Source: an uncultured delta proteobacterium (GTDB taxonomy: Bacteria; Desulfobacterota; Binatia; Binatales; Binataceae). From it: a stretch of 64,000 bases of DNA. Location of the stretch: the NCBI GenBank assembly GCA_963711565.1, contig CAVQEQ010000004.1, positions 1,216,001 to 1,280,000 of the forward strand, read 5' to 3'. Position 1 is the first letter of the stretch; each line of letters starts with the position of its first letter. Under the pieces are notes generated by a model that was not told where the DNA came from, did not search any database, and worked only from the letters and a program-made list of their open reading frames with translations. This document shows positions 19,684 through 29,477 of this stretch, piece by piece. Both the position numbers and the translations under genes were made by a program.

Positions 19684-20727
19684 ATGCCCGAAACCAATGT
19701 TGCGCGCGACGCCGCCGAACCCGCTCCGCGCGTCGAGTACGAGCTGCAACTCTACTACTGGATGAAGCTGATTCGCGCGTTCGAGGAGCGCGTCTCGCGG
19801 CTGCATCGCCAGAACAAAATCTTCGGCGGCGTTTACTCCGGCGCCGGCCAGGAGGCGATCGTCACCGGCATCTGCGCGCCCCTGCACGACGGCGACTTCG
19901 TTGCGCCGCTCCATCGCGACCTGGGCGTGTTCATCATGCGCGGCGTCGATCCGGGCCGCCTGATGGCGCAGTTGATGGGCAAGGAGACCGGGCTCTCGCG
20001 CGGCAAGGATTCGTTCCTGCACGGCGGCGATTTGGAGCACGGGGTGTTCGGCTCGACCTCGATGCTTGGTTCGTCGCTGCCAGTCGCGGTCGGCGCGGCG
20101 CTCAAATTCAAAATGAAAAAGAATCCCAACGTCGCGGTCGCCTTCTTCGGCGAGGGCGCGTCCTCGCGCGGCGACGTGCACGAGGCGATGAACTTTGCCG
20201 GCGTGCGCAAGCTGCCCGTGGTCTTCGTCTGCGAGAACAACCGCTACGCCTATTCGACCCCGCTCGAAAAGCAGATGGCGATCGAGGACGTCGCCGACCG
20301 CGCGGTGGCCTACGGCTTCAAGGGCCACGTGTGCTCGGGCAACGATCTGCTCGCGGTGCTCGAGTTGAGCGAGCGCATGATCGCAAAGACGCGCGCCGGC
20401 GAGGGTCCGGTGCTGATCGAATGCAAGACCTATCGCTACCGCGGCCACAGCGAGCACGACGCGGCGCTCTACCGCGACCAGGAAGAGCTGATCGAATGGC
20501 AGAGCCGCGACCCGATTCCCCGTTTCGAGTTCTATCTCGAAAAGAAAGGCCACGACATCAAGCGCATCCGCGAGCAGATCGACGAGCGCGTCAACAAGAC
20601 CGTCCAGGCCGCGGTGGATTTCGGCGAAAGCAGTCCGCTGCCAGAACCTCAAGAAGCACTTGAAGATATTTACGCACCCTCCGGCGCGCCGGCTTCCACC
20701 AATTCCTCGTCGAACGGCAACCGCTGA
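19684..20727 (+). CDS. 2-oxoacid dehydrogenase E1 alpha subunit (TPP-dependent)
   Basis: GQEA, FGEGA...ENN TPP motif, TYRYRGHS, DPI. Confidence 0.92.
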   Translation: MPETNVARDAAEPAPRVEYELQLYYWMKLIRAFEERVSRLHRQNKIFGGVYSGAGQEAIVTGICAPLHDGDFVAPLHRDLGVFIMRGVDPGRLMAQLMGKETGLSRGKDSFLHGGDLEHGVFGSTSMLGSSLPVAVGAALKFKMKKNPNVAVAFFGEGASSRGDVHEAMNFAGVRKLPVVFVCENNRYAYSTPLEKQMAIEDVADRAVAYGFKGHVCSGNDLLAVLELSERMIAKTRAGEGPVLIECKTYRYRGHSEHDAALYRDQEELIEWQSRDPIPRFEFYLEKKGHDIKRIREQIDERVNKTVQAAVDFGESSPLPEPQEALEDIYAPSGAPASTNSSSNGNR

Positions 20728-21707
20728 TGGAAGTCACTTACATCAAGGCGATAAATTCCGCCCTGCATGAAGAGATGCGCCGCGACGACAATGTCTTCGT
20801 CATGGGCGAGGACGTCGCCGACCTGGGCGGCGCGTTCAAGGCGACCGAAGGACTCCTCGACGCGTTCGGCGAGGAGCGCGTCATCGACACGCCTATCTCC
20901 GAGGCGCTGATCGTCGGCGCGGGCATCGGCGCGGCGATCCTCGGGATGCGTCCCGTAGTCGAGATGCAGTTCGCCGATTTCATTTCGTGCGGCTTCGATC
21001 AGATCGTCAACACCGCGGCGACGTTACGCTACCGCCACGGCGGCAAGGCCTCGTGTCCGCTGGTGATTCGCGCGCCGTCGGGCGCGGGCGTTCATGGCGC
21101 GCTGTTCCATTCGCAAAATCCCGAAGCGTGGTTCACCCGAGTGCCCGGCCTCAAGGTGGTCGCGCCGGCGACGCCCTACGACGCGAAGGGAATTTTGAAG
21201 AGCGCGATTCGCGACGGCAACCCGGTCGTGTACTTCGAGCACAAGCGGCTCTACCGCAGTATCAAGGAAGACCTGCCCGAGGGCGATTTCACCGTGCCGA
21301 TCGGCGTCGCGGAAATTCGCAAGGAAGGGGGCGACCTGTCGATCATCACCTACGGCGGCACGCTCGGGCAGTCGCTCGACGCCGCGCGAATCGTGGAGAA
21401 GGAGGACGGGCTCGCAGTCGAGGTGCTCGACTTGCGCACTCTCCTGCCGCTCGATCGCGAGGCGATACTCACCACCGCGCGCAAGACCGGCAAGGTGCTG
21501 GTGGTGCACGAGGATCGTCTCACCGGCGGAATCGGCGGCGAGGTTTCCGCGATCATCATGGAGAACGCGTTCGAATTTCTCGACGGCCCCGTGCGCCGCA
21601 TCGCGGCCGCCGACTCGCACGTCGCCTTCAGCACGCCGCTCGAGGACTTCATCCTGCCGAGCACCAACAAAATCGTGGACGCGATCCGCAGCCTGGCGGC
21701 CTACTGA
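20727..21707 (+). CDS. 2-oxoacid dehydrogenase E1 beta subunit
   Basis: GEDV...GGAFKAT, DTPISE, EMQFADF, HSQ, FEHK; TGATG translational coupling. Confidence 0.93.
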   Translation: MEVTYIKAINSALHEEMRRDDNVFVMGEDVADLGGAFKATEGLLDAFGEERVIDTPISEALIVGAGIGAAILGMRPVVEMQFADFISCGFDQIVNTAATLRYRHGGKASCPLVIRAPSGAGVHGALFHSQNPEAWFTRVPGLKVVAPATPYDAKGILKSAIRDGNPVVYFEHKRLYRSIKEDLPEGDFTVPIGVAEIRKEGGDLSIITYGGTLGQSLDAARIVEKEDGLAVEVLDLRTLLPLDREAILTTARKTGKVLVVHEDRLTGGIGGEVSAIIMENAFEFLDGPVRRIAAADSHVAFSTPLEDFILPSTNKIVDAIRSLAAY

Positions 21708-21708
21708 A

Positions 21709-23095
21709 ATGGCGATCGACGTAACGATGCCGCAGATGGGCGAGAGTGTCGTTGAAGGCACGATCGCGAAGTGGCTGGTCAAGGAAGGCGACGTCGTCGT
21801 CGAAGATCAGCCGCTCGTTGAAATCTCAACCGACAAGGTCGATACCGAGATTCCGTCGCCGGGCGCCGGGCGTATCGCGAAGATTGTCGCGGCGGAAGGA
21901 CAGACGTTGCCGGTCGGCGCGACGCTCGCGGTGATCGAGCCGGCGCGCCGAGGCCCCTGCGAAGCTAAAGGTCGTCGCGCCGAAAGCAGGGCCGAAGCCG
22001 GAGCCTGCGCCAGTGCAGGTAAAGCCGGTCGCACCGCCGCTGCAGCCCGCGCCGTCGCCTCAGCTTCTACAAGCGGCGGGGGCCGGACTCCGTGAAGCTG
22101 AACCCGACGCGGGCGGTCCGCGACGATTTTCTCCCGTCGTGCTGAAGATCGCCGCGGAAGAGGGCATCGATCTGAGTCGCGTCCCCGGAACGGGAATCGG
22201 CGGACGCGTCAGCAAGCGCGACCTGCAACGCTATCTCGATACGCTGCGCAAGGGCGGAGCGCCTGCCGCAGCGCCGCCTGCCACAAACGGAGTCGCGCAG
22301 AGCAGTTCACGTCCTGCGACGACTGCTGCCGCGACCGCGCCAGCGCCGGCGCAATCGGGTCTGGGTTTCAAGCCGCCCCTCTATCAGCCCGTCGCGGGCG
22401 ACATCGTCGAGCCGTTCACGCGCCGGCGCAAGCTCATCGCCGAGCACATGGTGTACTCGAAGACGCATTCGCCGCACGTCGGCACCGTCGCGGAAGTTGA
22501 CCTCACCAATGCGATGCGGCTGCGCGAGAAACATAAAGACGAGTTCGCCCGCCGCGAAGGATTCAATCTCACGTTCCTGCCGCTCGCAGCCGCCGCGACA
22601 GTTCGCGCGCTCAAGGAGTTCCCGCGGATGAACGCGTCTGTCGTCGGCGACTCCGTCGTGACGCGCCGCGAAATCAATCTCGGCATCGCGATGGATACCG
22701 ACGAGGGCCTGCTGGTCCCGGTGATCAAGGCGGCCGAGGGCATGTCGGTGGTCGGGATTGCGCGCGCGATCGAAACTCTGCGCCGCAAAGTCGCCGAGAA
22801 GAAAATCACCGCCGACGATCTCGCGGGTGGCAGCTTCACGCTCTCGAATCCCGGACGCGAGGGCAATCTCTACGGCTTCGCGATCATCAATCAGCCGCAA
22901 GTCGGCATCCTGCGGATGGGCGAGGTGAAGAAGCGGCCGGTGGTCGTCGAAGTTGACGGCGCCGACGCGCTCGCGATCCGCACCATGATGTACCTGGCGC
23001 TCTCCTACGACCATCGCGTCGTCAACGGCGTGCTGGGCAACAGCTTCCTCTACCGCACCGCCCGCATCCTCGAAGAATCCGACTTCGAGTTGTAG
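21709..23095 (+). CDS. Dihydrolipoamide acyltransferase E2 (frameshift at about 21946 in the linker)
   Basis: Lipoyl domain STDKV, E3-binding GTGIGGRV, catalytic SYDHRVVNG; two ORFs join in the Ala/Pro linker. Confidence 0.9.
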
Positions 23096-23330
23096 AAGAA
23101 AAGCGCGGTGGCCCGGAATCCATTCGCAGCCATGCACCTCTCAACTCCGTCCCGCGACTTCCGAATGGCCGTTTAGAATAGACTAAAGCGCGATATCAGC
23201 AGCGTGTATCGTTGATGCGTGTTGACCACTTGTTGTACGCTTCGGGGCGTCGGTCGCCGCCAAAGAGAACTTCTGTGGGGATTGAGGGCGCTTGAATGTT
23301 GCTGACGAGGGCGCACAAATGGAGATGGCA

Positions 23331-24533
23331 ATGAAGGGCTCCCGCCCCACGAGGAAGATATTCATAGGAAGTGCACGCGAGAGCCTCGCCGAAGCGAAAA
23401 AGGTCGCCTACTGGATAGAAGGTTGGAGCAAAACTAATAAAGCGCATCTCGTAGTTAACAGGTGGGATGCCCCCGGGACTTTTGTCCCTGGCCAATCTGT
23501 ATGGCACCAACTCTACCAAAGGACTAAGGAGTCATTTGCAGCGGTCATCATATTTGGGAGGGACGACAAGGTTTGGTCAAGGGGTAAGGACTATAAGCAA
23601 CCCCGAGACAACGCATTGATTGAATTTGGGCTCTTTGCTGGGGGCCTTCACCCCGACAGAGTGGTCTTCTGCGTAACAGGAAATCCTAAGATTCCAAGCG
23701 ATCTGGAAGGGCTCGTTCGTATCGATATGTCGAGTGAGTTCATCAACCGTGCGGAAGTCGAAATCGAAGTATGGTTGGGGAAAATTCTCGAGATTCCAGG
23801 CGTCTTTCCTGCTGATCAAAGCAAAGTAAGTACCATGGCTAGTTCGTTAGCGGTGCGCGATCAGGCGGGCAAAAAAAGAGACATCGAAGATGGGTCCGAC
23901 CGCTTGTTGGAAGCTTTGCGCGAGGAACTCCAGTCTCTGCTCAGAAGTAAGCCCTCCTCCTACCCGAGGATCGTAAAGCGATCCACGACCCTAGTGATAC
24001 AGAAAAACGGGGACGGTCTATGCACAACCGAGGAGAGCTTTTCCTCGCCACGAAGAGATATGCAGGTCAGGCTCTTCACAATGGGGAGCGATGCACCGGC
24101 GGAATTCGACTCGCTTGATTTAAAGGTGGAGTGCGGGACTCCCGGATTCGAAGCGTCGTTTAGAAAGGGAGAAGACGATCCCAAGCGGAAGACAATTTTT
24201 ATATTCTTTCGCCCGTTCGTACCGAGAGGGCAGGAAGTCATGTACAAGGTGTCTTGGAAGTGGCCAAAGATGTGGACGATACTCTGCAAGGGGAAGCCCG
24301 ACTTTTGGCGTCAGGAAGTGCGATCAGCCACCGTTGTTGCACAGATTCGGACCGAGTTTCGCCTGCACAAGTCCCTTCGACCGGTGACCATCGAAAATCG
24401 AGGGAAGGGGGGAGGAAAACTTGAATCTCCGCCCAAAATAGGAGACTATCGTAGGTATGTCTGGGTCGTTAGAGATCTTCATCAAAATCAGGATGCTGAT
24501 CTCTGGCTGGTGCCAGAACCGAGAGGAAGGTGA
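23331..24533 (+). CDS. CAP12/Pycsar-type TIR domain fused to an uncharacterised beta-rich C-terminal domain
   Basis: KIFIGS, RW...F, DD..SRG...PRDNALIEFGLF, KIPSDLEG are typical of the nucleotide-binding TIR-like family; start after GGAG SD; AT-richer DNA. Confidence 0.82.
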   Translation: MKGSRPTRKIFIGSARESLAEAKKVAYWIEGWSKTNKAHLVVNRWDAPGTFVPGQSVWHQLYQRTKESFAAVIIFGRDDKVWSRGKDYKQPRDNALIEFGLFAGGLHPDRVVFCVTGNPKIPSDLEGLVRIDMSSEFINRAEVEIEVWLGKILEIPGVFPADQSKVSTMASSLAVRDQAGKKRDIEDGSDRLLEALREELQSLLRSKPSSYPRIVKRSTTLVIQKNGDGLCTTEESFSSPRRDMQVRLFTMGSDAPAEFDSLDLKVECGTPGFEASFRKGEDDPKRKTIFIFFRPFVPRGQEVMYKVSWKWPKMWTILCKGKPDFWRQEVRSATVVAQIRTEFRLHKSLRPVTIENRGKGGGKLESPPKIGDYRRYVWVVRDLHQNQDADLWLVPEPRGR

Positions 24534-24540
24534 AGTTGTT

Positions 24541-24636
24541 ATGAGATCGATCAGACAAGAAAAGTTTTCCAACTCTCGCGGGTTCGAGACTTCTCTTCAC
24601 TTCGGAGGAAGTGGAGCTGGCGCAGGGGTAGCCTGA
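24541..24636 (+). CDS. Putative 31-aa peptide downstream of the TIR gene
   Basis: MRSIRQEKFSNSRGFETSLHFGGSGAGAGVA; strong SD (AGGAAGGTGA) 7 nt before ATG, overlapping the TIR stop. Confidence 0.45.
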   Translation: MRSIRQEKFSNSRGFETSLHFGGSGAGAGVA

Positions 24637-24722
24637 TTTATCGACCGAACAGGCCTTCGCCCGACATTTATCCGCGCTCCCTTTTGGCGCTCTCCTCGGA
24701 CTCCCGCTGTAGAACACTTACC

Positions 24723-25382
24723 TCAGCTCGAATGCGCACCCTGCTGCGAGCGCAACTGATGCAGCATGTTTGCGATCTGCCCGCTTAGGTCTCCGATTGT
24801 CCGGCTTAGAGCGGCGGCGGCGTCGGTCGTGTCGCCGGGCTTCGAGGGTTGCGTCAGGTTGGACTCAACCGTGTACAGAATGTTCTTGCCGGTCGAGTCG
24901 AGGATCGTCCACTTCGCAGATAGCGTCGCTGTCCCATTGCTGTCGGTCTCGAAGCGGTACACGTCGATCTGCACCTGCATGTCGATGTGCACGGTGTTGT
25001 ACCATGGGAAATCGATCACCGCGGCGCCCGTCTCCGCGGCGAGGTTCCGGTCCATCGCGCTGGTGAAACCGTTCTGGACAGACTCACCCCATCGATCTTC
25101 TTTCGATAGTTCGAGACGATTGGGGGCGGCGCGCGTCACCACTTCGGGGCGATCGAGATACGGCGGCAGTTTGATCGGTCCCAGGCCGAGCGTGAAAGCG
25201 CCGCTCGTGTTCGACGCGGTCCCGGTCGCGGGCGCGGCGGTGTCCGCGCTCGGCGTCAGCAGATAGAACTTCGAGATATCTTTCTGCGGAGCGAGGATCG
25301 CCTTCGCGAGGTACGAGCATCCCGCCATGGACGCCGCAAGCGCGCCCGCGAGAAAAATTCTTAAAAACCTGGTCAAGGTCAT
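24723..25382 (-). CDS. PqiC-family ABC transport auxiliary lipoprotein
   Basis: Lipobox MAGC, LPPYLDRPEVV, DRWGE. Confidence 0.85.
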   Translation of the reverse strand: MTLTRFLRIFLAGALAASMAGCSYLAKAILAPQKDISKFYLLTPSADTAAPATGTASNTSGAFTLGLGPIKLPPYLDRPEVVTRAAPNRLELSKEDRWGESVQNGFTSAMDRNLAAETGAAVIDFPWYNTVHIDMQVQIDVYRFETDSNGTATLSAKWTILDSTGKNILYTVESNLTQPSKPGDTTDAAAALSRTIGDLSGQIANMLHQLRSQQGAHSS

Positions 25383-25385
25383 CGC

Positions 25386-26363
25386 TTAATCCTGGCTGAA
25401 GTCGCGGCCGCGCACGATTGCGCTCGGGTTGCGTTGCAGGTAGTCCGCCAACTCCTTGACCGAGTGCGCGGCGGCGGAGACGTCCTGCAGCGTCTGCAGC
25501 GCCTGGTAGTTGATCGGCGAGTTGGGCTCGATCGTCGTCTGCACGGTGCCGAGCGTCAGCGTTGCCTGCTTCGCCGCGGCGTCCGCCGAGGTCGAGGTTC
25601 TCTGCAGCGAGACCGACAGCGGCGGCACCTGGCTGTTCACCGTGCTCAGCGTCTGCTGCGCGCCGGCGAGAGTATGGTCCAGTTGCTCGCGCGTCTTCTC
25701 GGAGTTGTTGATCGCTGCCCGGAGCCCGGGCGAGGTCGTGATCTGCCTGATCGAATCGAGCATCCCGGTCATCTGCGTGAAGACCGCGTTGAAGTCAACC
25801 TTGTCGAGCCGTTCGAAAATCCGCACCGCGACCTTTTGCGCCTGCTCCAGCGTGTTTGGAATCGCGGGAATTTCCTGCAGCGGAGAACCCGGCGGCGCGA
25901 CCATCTGAATCGGCGTGTCCGGCTCGATATCCAGCGCGACGTACATCAGGCCGGTGACGAAGCTGTCCGAACCCAGTTGCGCGCGCAACCCTTCGCGGAT
26001 CAGGTTGGGAACCGTATGCGGGTCGCTCAAGTCGATCGCGGTGCCGCCATGGGAAACAATCTTGTCTTCATCGAGCTGGATGATCACCGGGATGCGCACC
26101 TCGGCGTTCAGCTTGCCGCTCTGGAAATTAATCTGCTGCTCGAGGCGCAGCTTGATCTTGTTGACCTGGCCGATTTCGACGCCCTTGAACTTGACCGGCG
26201 CGCCGACCCGCAGGCCGTTGATGTCGCCGCCGAAGTAGATCACAAATTCGTGGGTCTTGCGGAAGAGGTTGCCCGATCCGAAGACCACGACCGCGGCCAG
26301 GATCAAACCTATCGCGCCCAGCACGAACGCGCCCACAGTAGCCGGATTGATTCGCTTACCCAT
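25386..26363 (-). CDS. MCE/MlaD-family protein
   Basis: N-terminal TM, GLRVGAPVKFKGVEIGQV, GLRAQL...VTG, helical tail ending YLQRNPSAIVRG. Confidence 0.9.
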   Translation of the reverse strand: MGKRINPATVGAFVLGAIGLILAAVVVFGSGNLFRKTHEFVIYFGGDINGLRVGAPVKFKGVEIGQVNKIKLRLEQQINFQSGKLNAEVRIPVIIQLDEDKIVSHGGTAIDLSDPHTVPNLIREGLRAQLGSDSFVTGLMYVALDIEPDTPIQMVAPPGSPLQEIPAIPNTLEQAQKVAVRIFERLDKVDFNAVFTQMTGMLDSIRQITTSPGLRAAINNSEKTREQLDHTLAGAQQTLSTVNSQVPPLSVSLQRTSTSADAAAKQATLTLGTVQTTIEPNSPINYQALQTLQDVSAAAHSVKELADYLQRNPSAIVRGRDFSQD

Positions 26364-27210
26364 GGTCCCTCTCTGATTTGTCCGTTTTGTCGTCTTCGCC
26401 GCCGCGGGTGAGGAAAGTCTGCACCCGGTGATCGGTGGAATGCGCCAGCAGCTCTTTGGGGTCGCCGTGCGCGATCATCGTGCGGCTCTCCGCGTCGAGA
26501 AAGATGCTGTTGTTGCCGATTGCAAAAATGCTCGCCAGCTCGTGGGTGACGACCACCACCGTCGCGCCGAGGTTGTCGCGCAGCTCGAGGATCAAGTCGT
26601 CGAGCAGGCGCGAACTTATCGGATCGAGGCCCGCCGACGGCTCGTCGAAGAAAAGTATTTCCGGATCGAGCGCGATCGCGCGCGCGAGTCCCGCCCGCTT
26701 TTGCATCCCGCCGCTGATCTGGCTCGGATAGTAACCCTCGAAGCCCTTGAGCCCGACCAGCGCCAGCTTCAGCGCCGCAACGTCGCGAATTTCCCTCTGC
26801 GTCAGATCGGTGAATTCGCCGAGCGGCAACCCCACGTTCTCCGCCAGCGTCATCGAGCTCCACAGCGCGCCGCCCTGGTACAGCACGCCGAAGTGCCGCA
26901 GCATCTCCTCGCGCTGTTCCGGCTCGCCCCTGGTGAAGTTGAAGTCGCCGTACCAGACCTCGCCCTTGGCCGGCTCGATCAGCCCGAGCATATGGCGCAG
27001 CAGGGTGCTCTTGCCGCTGCCGCTGCCGCCCATGATGACGAAGATGTCGCCGTGGTTGACGGTGAAGTTGATGTCCTTCATCAGCACGAAGGTCCCATAC
27101 GCCATCGTGAGATTCTTGACGGTAATCGGCGGCGGGCCGTCCTTCGAGAACGTCGTAACGTCCGCGTGCTTGCCGTCAGTACTCTTGACCGATGGATGTG
27201 TGATGGCCAT
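26356..27210 (-). CDS. MlaF-like ABC ATPase
   Basis: GGSGSGKST, ISGGMQKR, FFDEPSAGLDP, VVTH. Confidence 0.92.
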   Translation of the reverse strand: MAITHPSVKSTDGKHADVTTFSKDGPPPITVKNLTMAYGTFVLMKDINFTVNHGDIFVIMGGSGSGKSTLLRHMLGLIEPAKGEVWYGDFNFTRGEPEQREEMLRHFGVLYQGGALWSSMTLAENVGLPLGEFTDLTQREIRDVAALKLALVGLKGFEGYYPSQISGGMQKRAGLARAIALDPEILFFDEPSAGLDPISSRLLDDLILELRDNLGATVVVVTHELASIFAIGNNSIFLDAESRTMIAHGDPKELLAHSTDHRVQTFLTRGGEDDKTDKSERDHG

Positions 27211-28362
27211 CTAGATTCCGAGAACGTTGAAGATGAAAGCGAAGATGCCGCACGCGACGATTACATAGACGATTCCCGTGACCACCGCCTCGGTCGCCGC
27301 ATCGCCGACCGCCGACGAACTGTCGCCGCACTGAAACCCGCGCAGGCATCCGGCGGTCGCGATGATTATGCCGTAAACCGCCGCCTTGAAGACGCCGCCG
27401 AAGATGTCGGTGAGTGTCACCGCCGCCTTGGTTTCGCGCAGATACATGCCGAGCGGGATATGCAGCATCGTCGCGCTGACGAACGCTCCTCCCGCCACTC
27501 CAAGGCAATCGGCGTAGATGCAGAGCAGCGGGATCATCAGGAACAGCGCGAGCACGCGCGGCAGCACCAGGAATTCGAGCGGCGAGACTCCCATCGTGGT
27601 CAGCGCGTCGATTTCCTGCGTCACCTTCATCGAGCCGAGCTGCGCGGCAAACGCGGCGCCGGTGCGGCCGGCCATGATGATCGCGGTCATCATCGCGCCC
27701 ATGTCGCGGGTCATCGAAATCCCAACCAGGTCGGCGACGAAGATTGACGCGCCGAACTGTTGCAACTGCACCGCGCCCTCGAACGCGAGAATTATACCGA
27801 CCAGGAAGGTGACCAGCGTGACGATACCGAATGCGCTGGCGCCGCAATCCTGGATCACGATCATCAGATCGACCCGCCGAAAGCGCGCCTTGCCCACCGC
27901 CAGCCTGGCGAACGAGATCGCCACTTCGCCAACGAAGCGCAGAAAATCGTCGAGGCCCTTCGCATACGAAATCGCTTCGTGGCCAAGCTCTTCGATGAAC
28001 GAGGTATGCGAGACTTCGGCACGCGCGCCGGTCTTCTCCGGCACCGCCTCGGCGAGCTGGATCAGGCTGCGCACGCCTTCGGGCAGCGGGCTCCAGTCGG
28101 CGGGTAACTTGCGCTTGTGGCAGAGCTCGCTGACGCCGATCAGAAATGTGAGCAGGCCGCTGTCCCAGTCGCGCAGGTCGGCAGCGTCGAAGGTCAGCTT
28201 GGCCGGTCTCGGATCGGTATCGAGTTGTTTGGCTACGAGGTCAGACGACGGCAAGCCGTGACGAAGATGCCAATCGCCGGCCAGCCGGACGACCAGCGTC
28301 GAGTTAGCGGCGCGCTTGAACGTGAGTTCGTTGTTCGGTTGGGTTTGTCGATGCGCCTGCAT
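27211..28362 (-). CDS. MlaE-like permease with N-terminal STAS-like domain
   Basis: WDSG STAS-like motif; AGRTGAAFAAQLGSMKVTQEIDAL, VGDAAT. Confidence 0.92.
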   Translation of the reverse strand: MQAHRQTQPNNELTFKRAANSTLVVRLAGDWHLRHGLPSSDLVAKQLDTDPRPAKLTFDAADLRDWDSGLLTFLIGVSELCHKRKLPADWSPLPEGVRSLIQLAEAVPEKTGARAEVSHTSFIEELGHEAISYAKGLDDFLRFVGEVAISFARLAVGKARFRRVDLMIVIQDCGASAFGIVTLVTFLVGIILAFEGAVQLQQFGASIFVADLVGISMTRDMGAMMTAIIMAGRTGAAFAAQLGSMKVTQEIDALTTMGVSPLEFLVLPRVLALFLMIPLLCIYADCLGVAGGAFVSATMLHIPLGMYLRETKAAVTLTDIFGGVFKAAVYGIIIATAGCLRGFQCGDSSSAVGDAATEAVVTGIVYVIVACGIFAFIFNVLGI

Positions 28363-28473
28363 TCGTGCGGCTCAATAGCACGCCGGTAAAAGGTAGCACA
28401 ATTCTTTGCTTTTCGATGGCATATGGGGCGCTTTCGCAAGCCAACGGCGAGCGCATTTAATATGATATTCAGT

Positions 28474-29475
28474 ATGAAAGCGATGGTGGTCGATAAGCCC
28501 GCGCCGATCGAATCGGACCCGCTCCACGCGTTCGACGCGCCGATGCCCGAGCCGGGTCCCGGTGAAATTCGGGTGCGCGTGAGCACCTGCGGCGTGTGCC
28601 GCACGGATCTTCACGTCGCCGAGGGCGACCTGCCGCCGCGTCATCCGCGAATCATCCCGGGCCACGAAGTGGTGGGCGTCGTGGACAAGCGCGGCGTCGG
28701 CGCGGCGCGTTTCAAGCAAGGCGATCGAGTCGGCATCGCATGGCTGCGCGAGACTTGCGGAGTGTGCGTCTATTGCCGTCGCGGCCGCGAGAACCTATGC
28801 CCCAACGCGCGCTTCACCGGCTACGACCATGACGGCGGCTACTGCGAATACGCCGTCGTCCGCGAGGACTTCGCCTACGCACTGCCCGATTCGCTCGGCG
28901 ATGAAGAAGCGGCGCCGCTGCTATGCGCGGGGATAATTGGATTTCGCGCAATCAAGCGCGCCGACATCACGCCGGGCGCGACGGTCGGCCTCTACGGCTT
29001 CGGTGGCTCGGCGCATCTGGCGATACAGGTGCTGCGGCATTGGGGATGCCGCGTGTTCGTGATGAGCCGTGGCGGACCGCATCGCGACCTGGCGAAGGAC
29101 CTTGGCGCCGAGTGGATCGGCGACGCCGAAGATTCGCCACCCGCGCCGCTCGACGCGGCGATCCTGTTCGCGCCGGCGGGAAATCTCGTGCCGCCGGCTC
29201 TGGAAGCGCTCGACCGCGGCGGGATACTCGCGGTCGCAGGAATCTACTTGAGCCCTATTCCAATCTTGGACTATGAGAAACACCTCTTTGACGAAAAAGA
29301 ACTCCGGAGCGTGACCGCCAACACGCGCGCCGACGGCGAAGAGTTCCTGAAGCTCGCGGCCGAGATTCCTATCCGCATCAGCACGATGGCCTTCGGCCTC
29401 GCCGAAGCAAACGTCGCGCTCAAGATGCTCAAGCACGACGAAATCAAGGGCGCCGGCGTCCTGCGAATCTCGTAG
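28474..29475 (+). CDS. Zinc-dependent alcohol dehydrogenase family protein
   Basis: CGVCRTDLH, GHE, CGVCVYC...C, GFGGSAH. Confidence 0.92.
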   Translation: MKAMVVDKPAPIESDPLHAFDAPMPEPGPGEIRVRVSTCGVCRTDLHVAEGDLPPRHPRIIPGHEVVGVVDKRGVGAARFKQGDRVGIAWLRETCGVCVYCRRGRENLCPNARFTGYDHDGGYCEYAVVREDFAYALPDSLGDEEAAPLLCAGIIGFRAIKRADITPGATVGLYGFGGSAHLAIQVLRHWGCRVFVMSRGGPHRDLAKDLGAEWIGDAEDSPPAPLDAAILFAPAGNLVPPALEALDRGGILAVAGIYLSPIPILDYEKHLFDEKELRSVTANTRADGEEFLKLAAEIPIRISTMAFGLAEANVALKMLKHDEIKGAGVLRIS

Positions 29476-29477
29476 CC

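Noticed and set aside
23005-23035. E2 catalytic motif DHRVVNG instead of DHRxxDG as a sign of inactivation
   Set aside because: Asn at this position is a known natural variant in active E2 enzymes.
23096-23330. tRNA or att site at the islet boundary
   Set aside because: I saw no cloverleaf, T-loop consensus or flanking direct repeat.
23331-24533. Complete CBASS, Pycsar or Thoeris system
   Set aside because: No cyclase, ThsA or recognisable STING/SAVED/cNMP domain is in the window, so it is kept only as an orphan TIR module.
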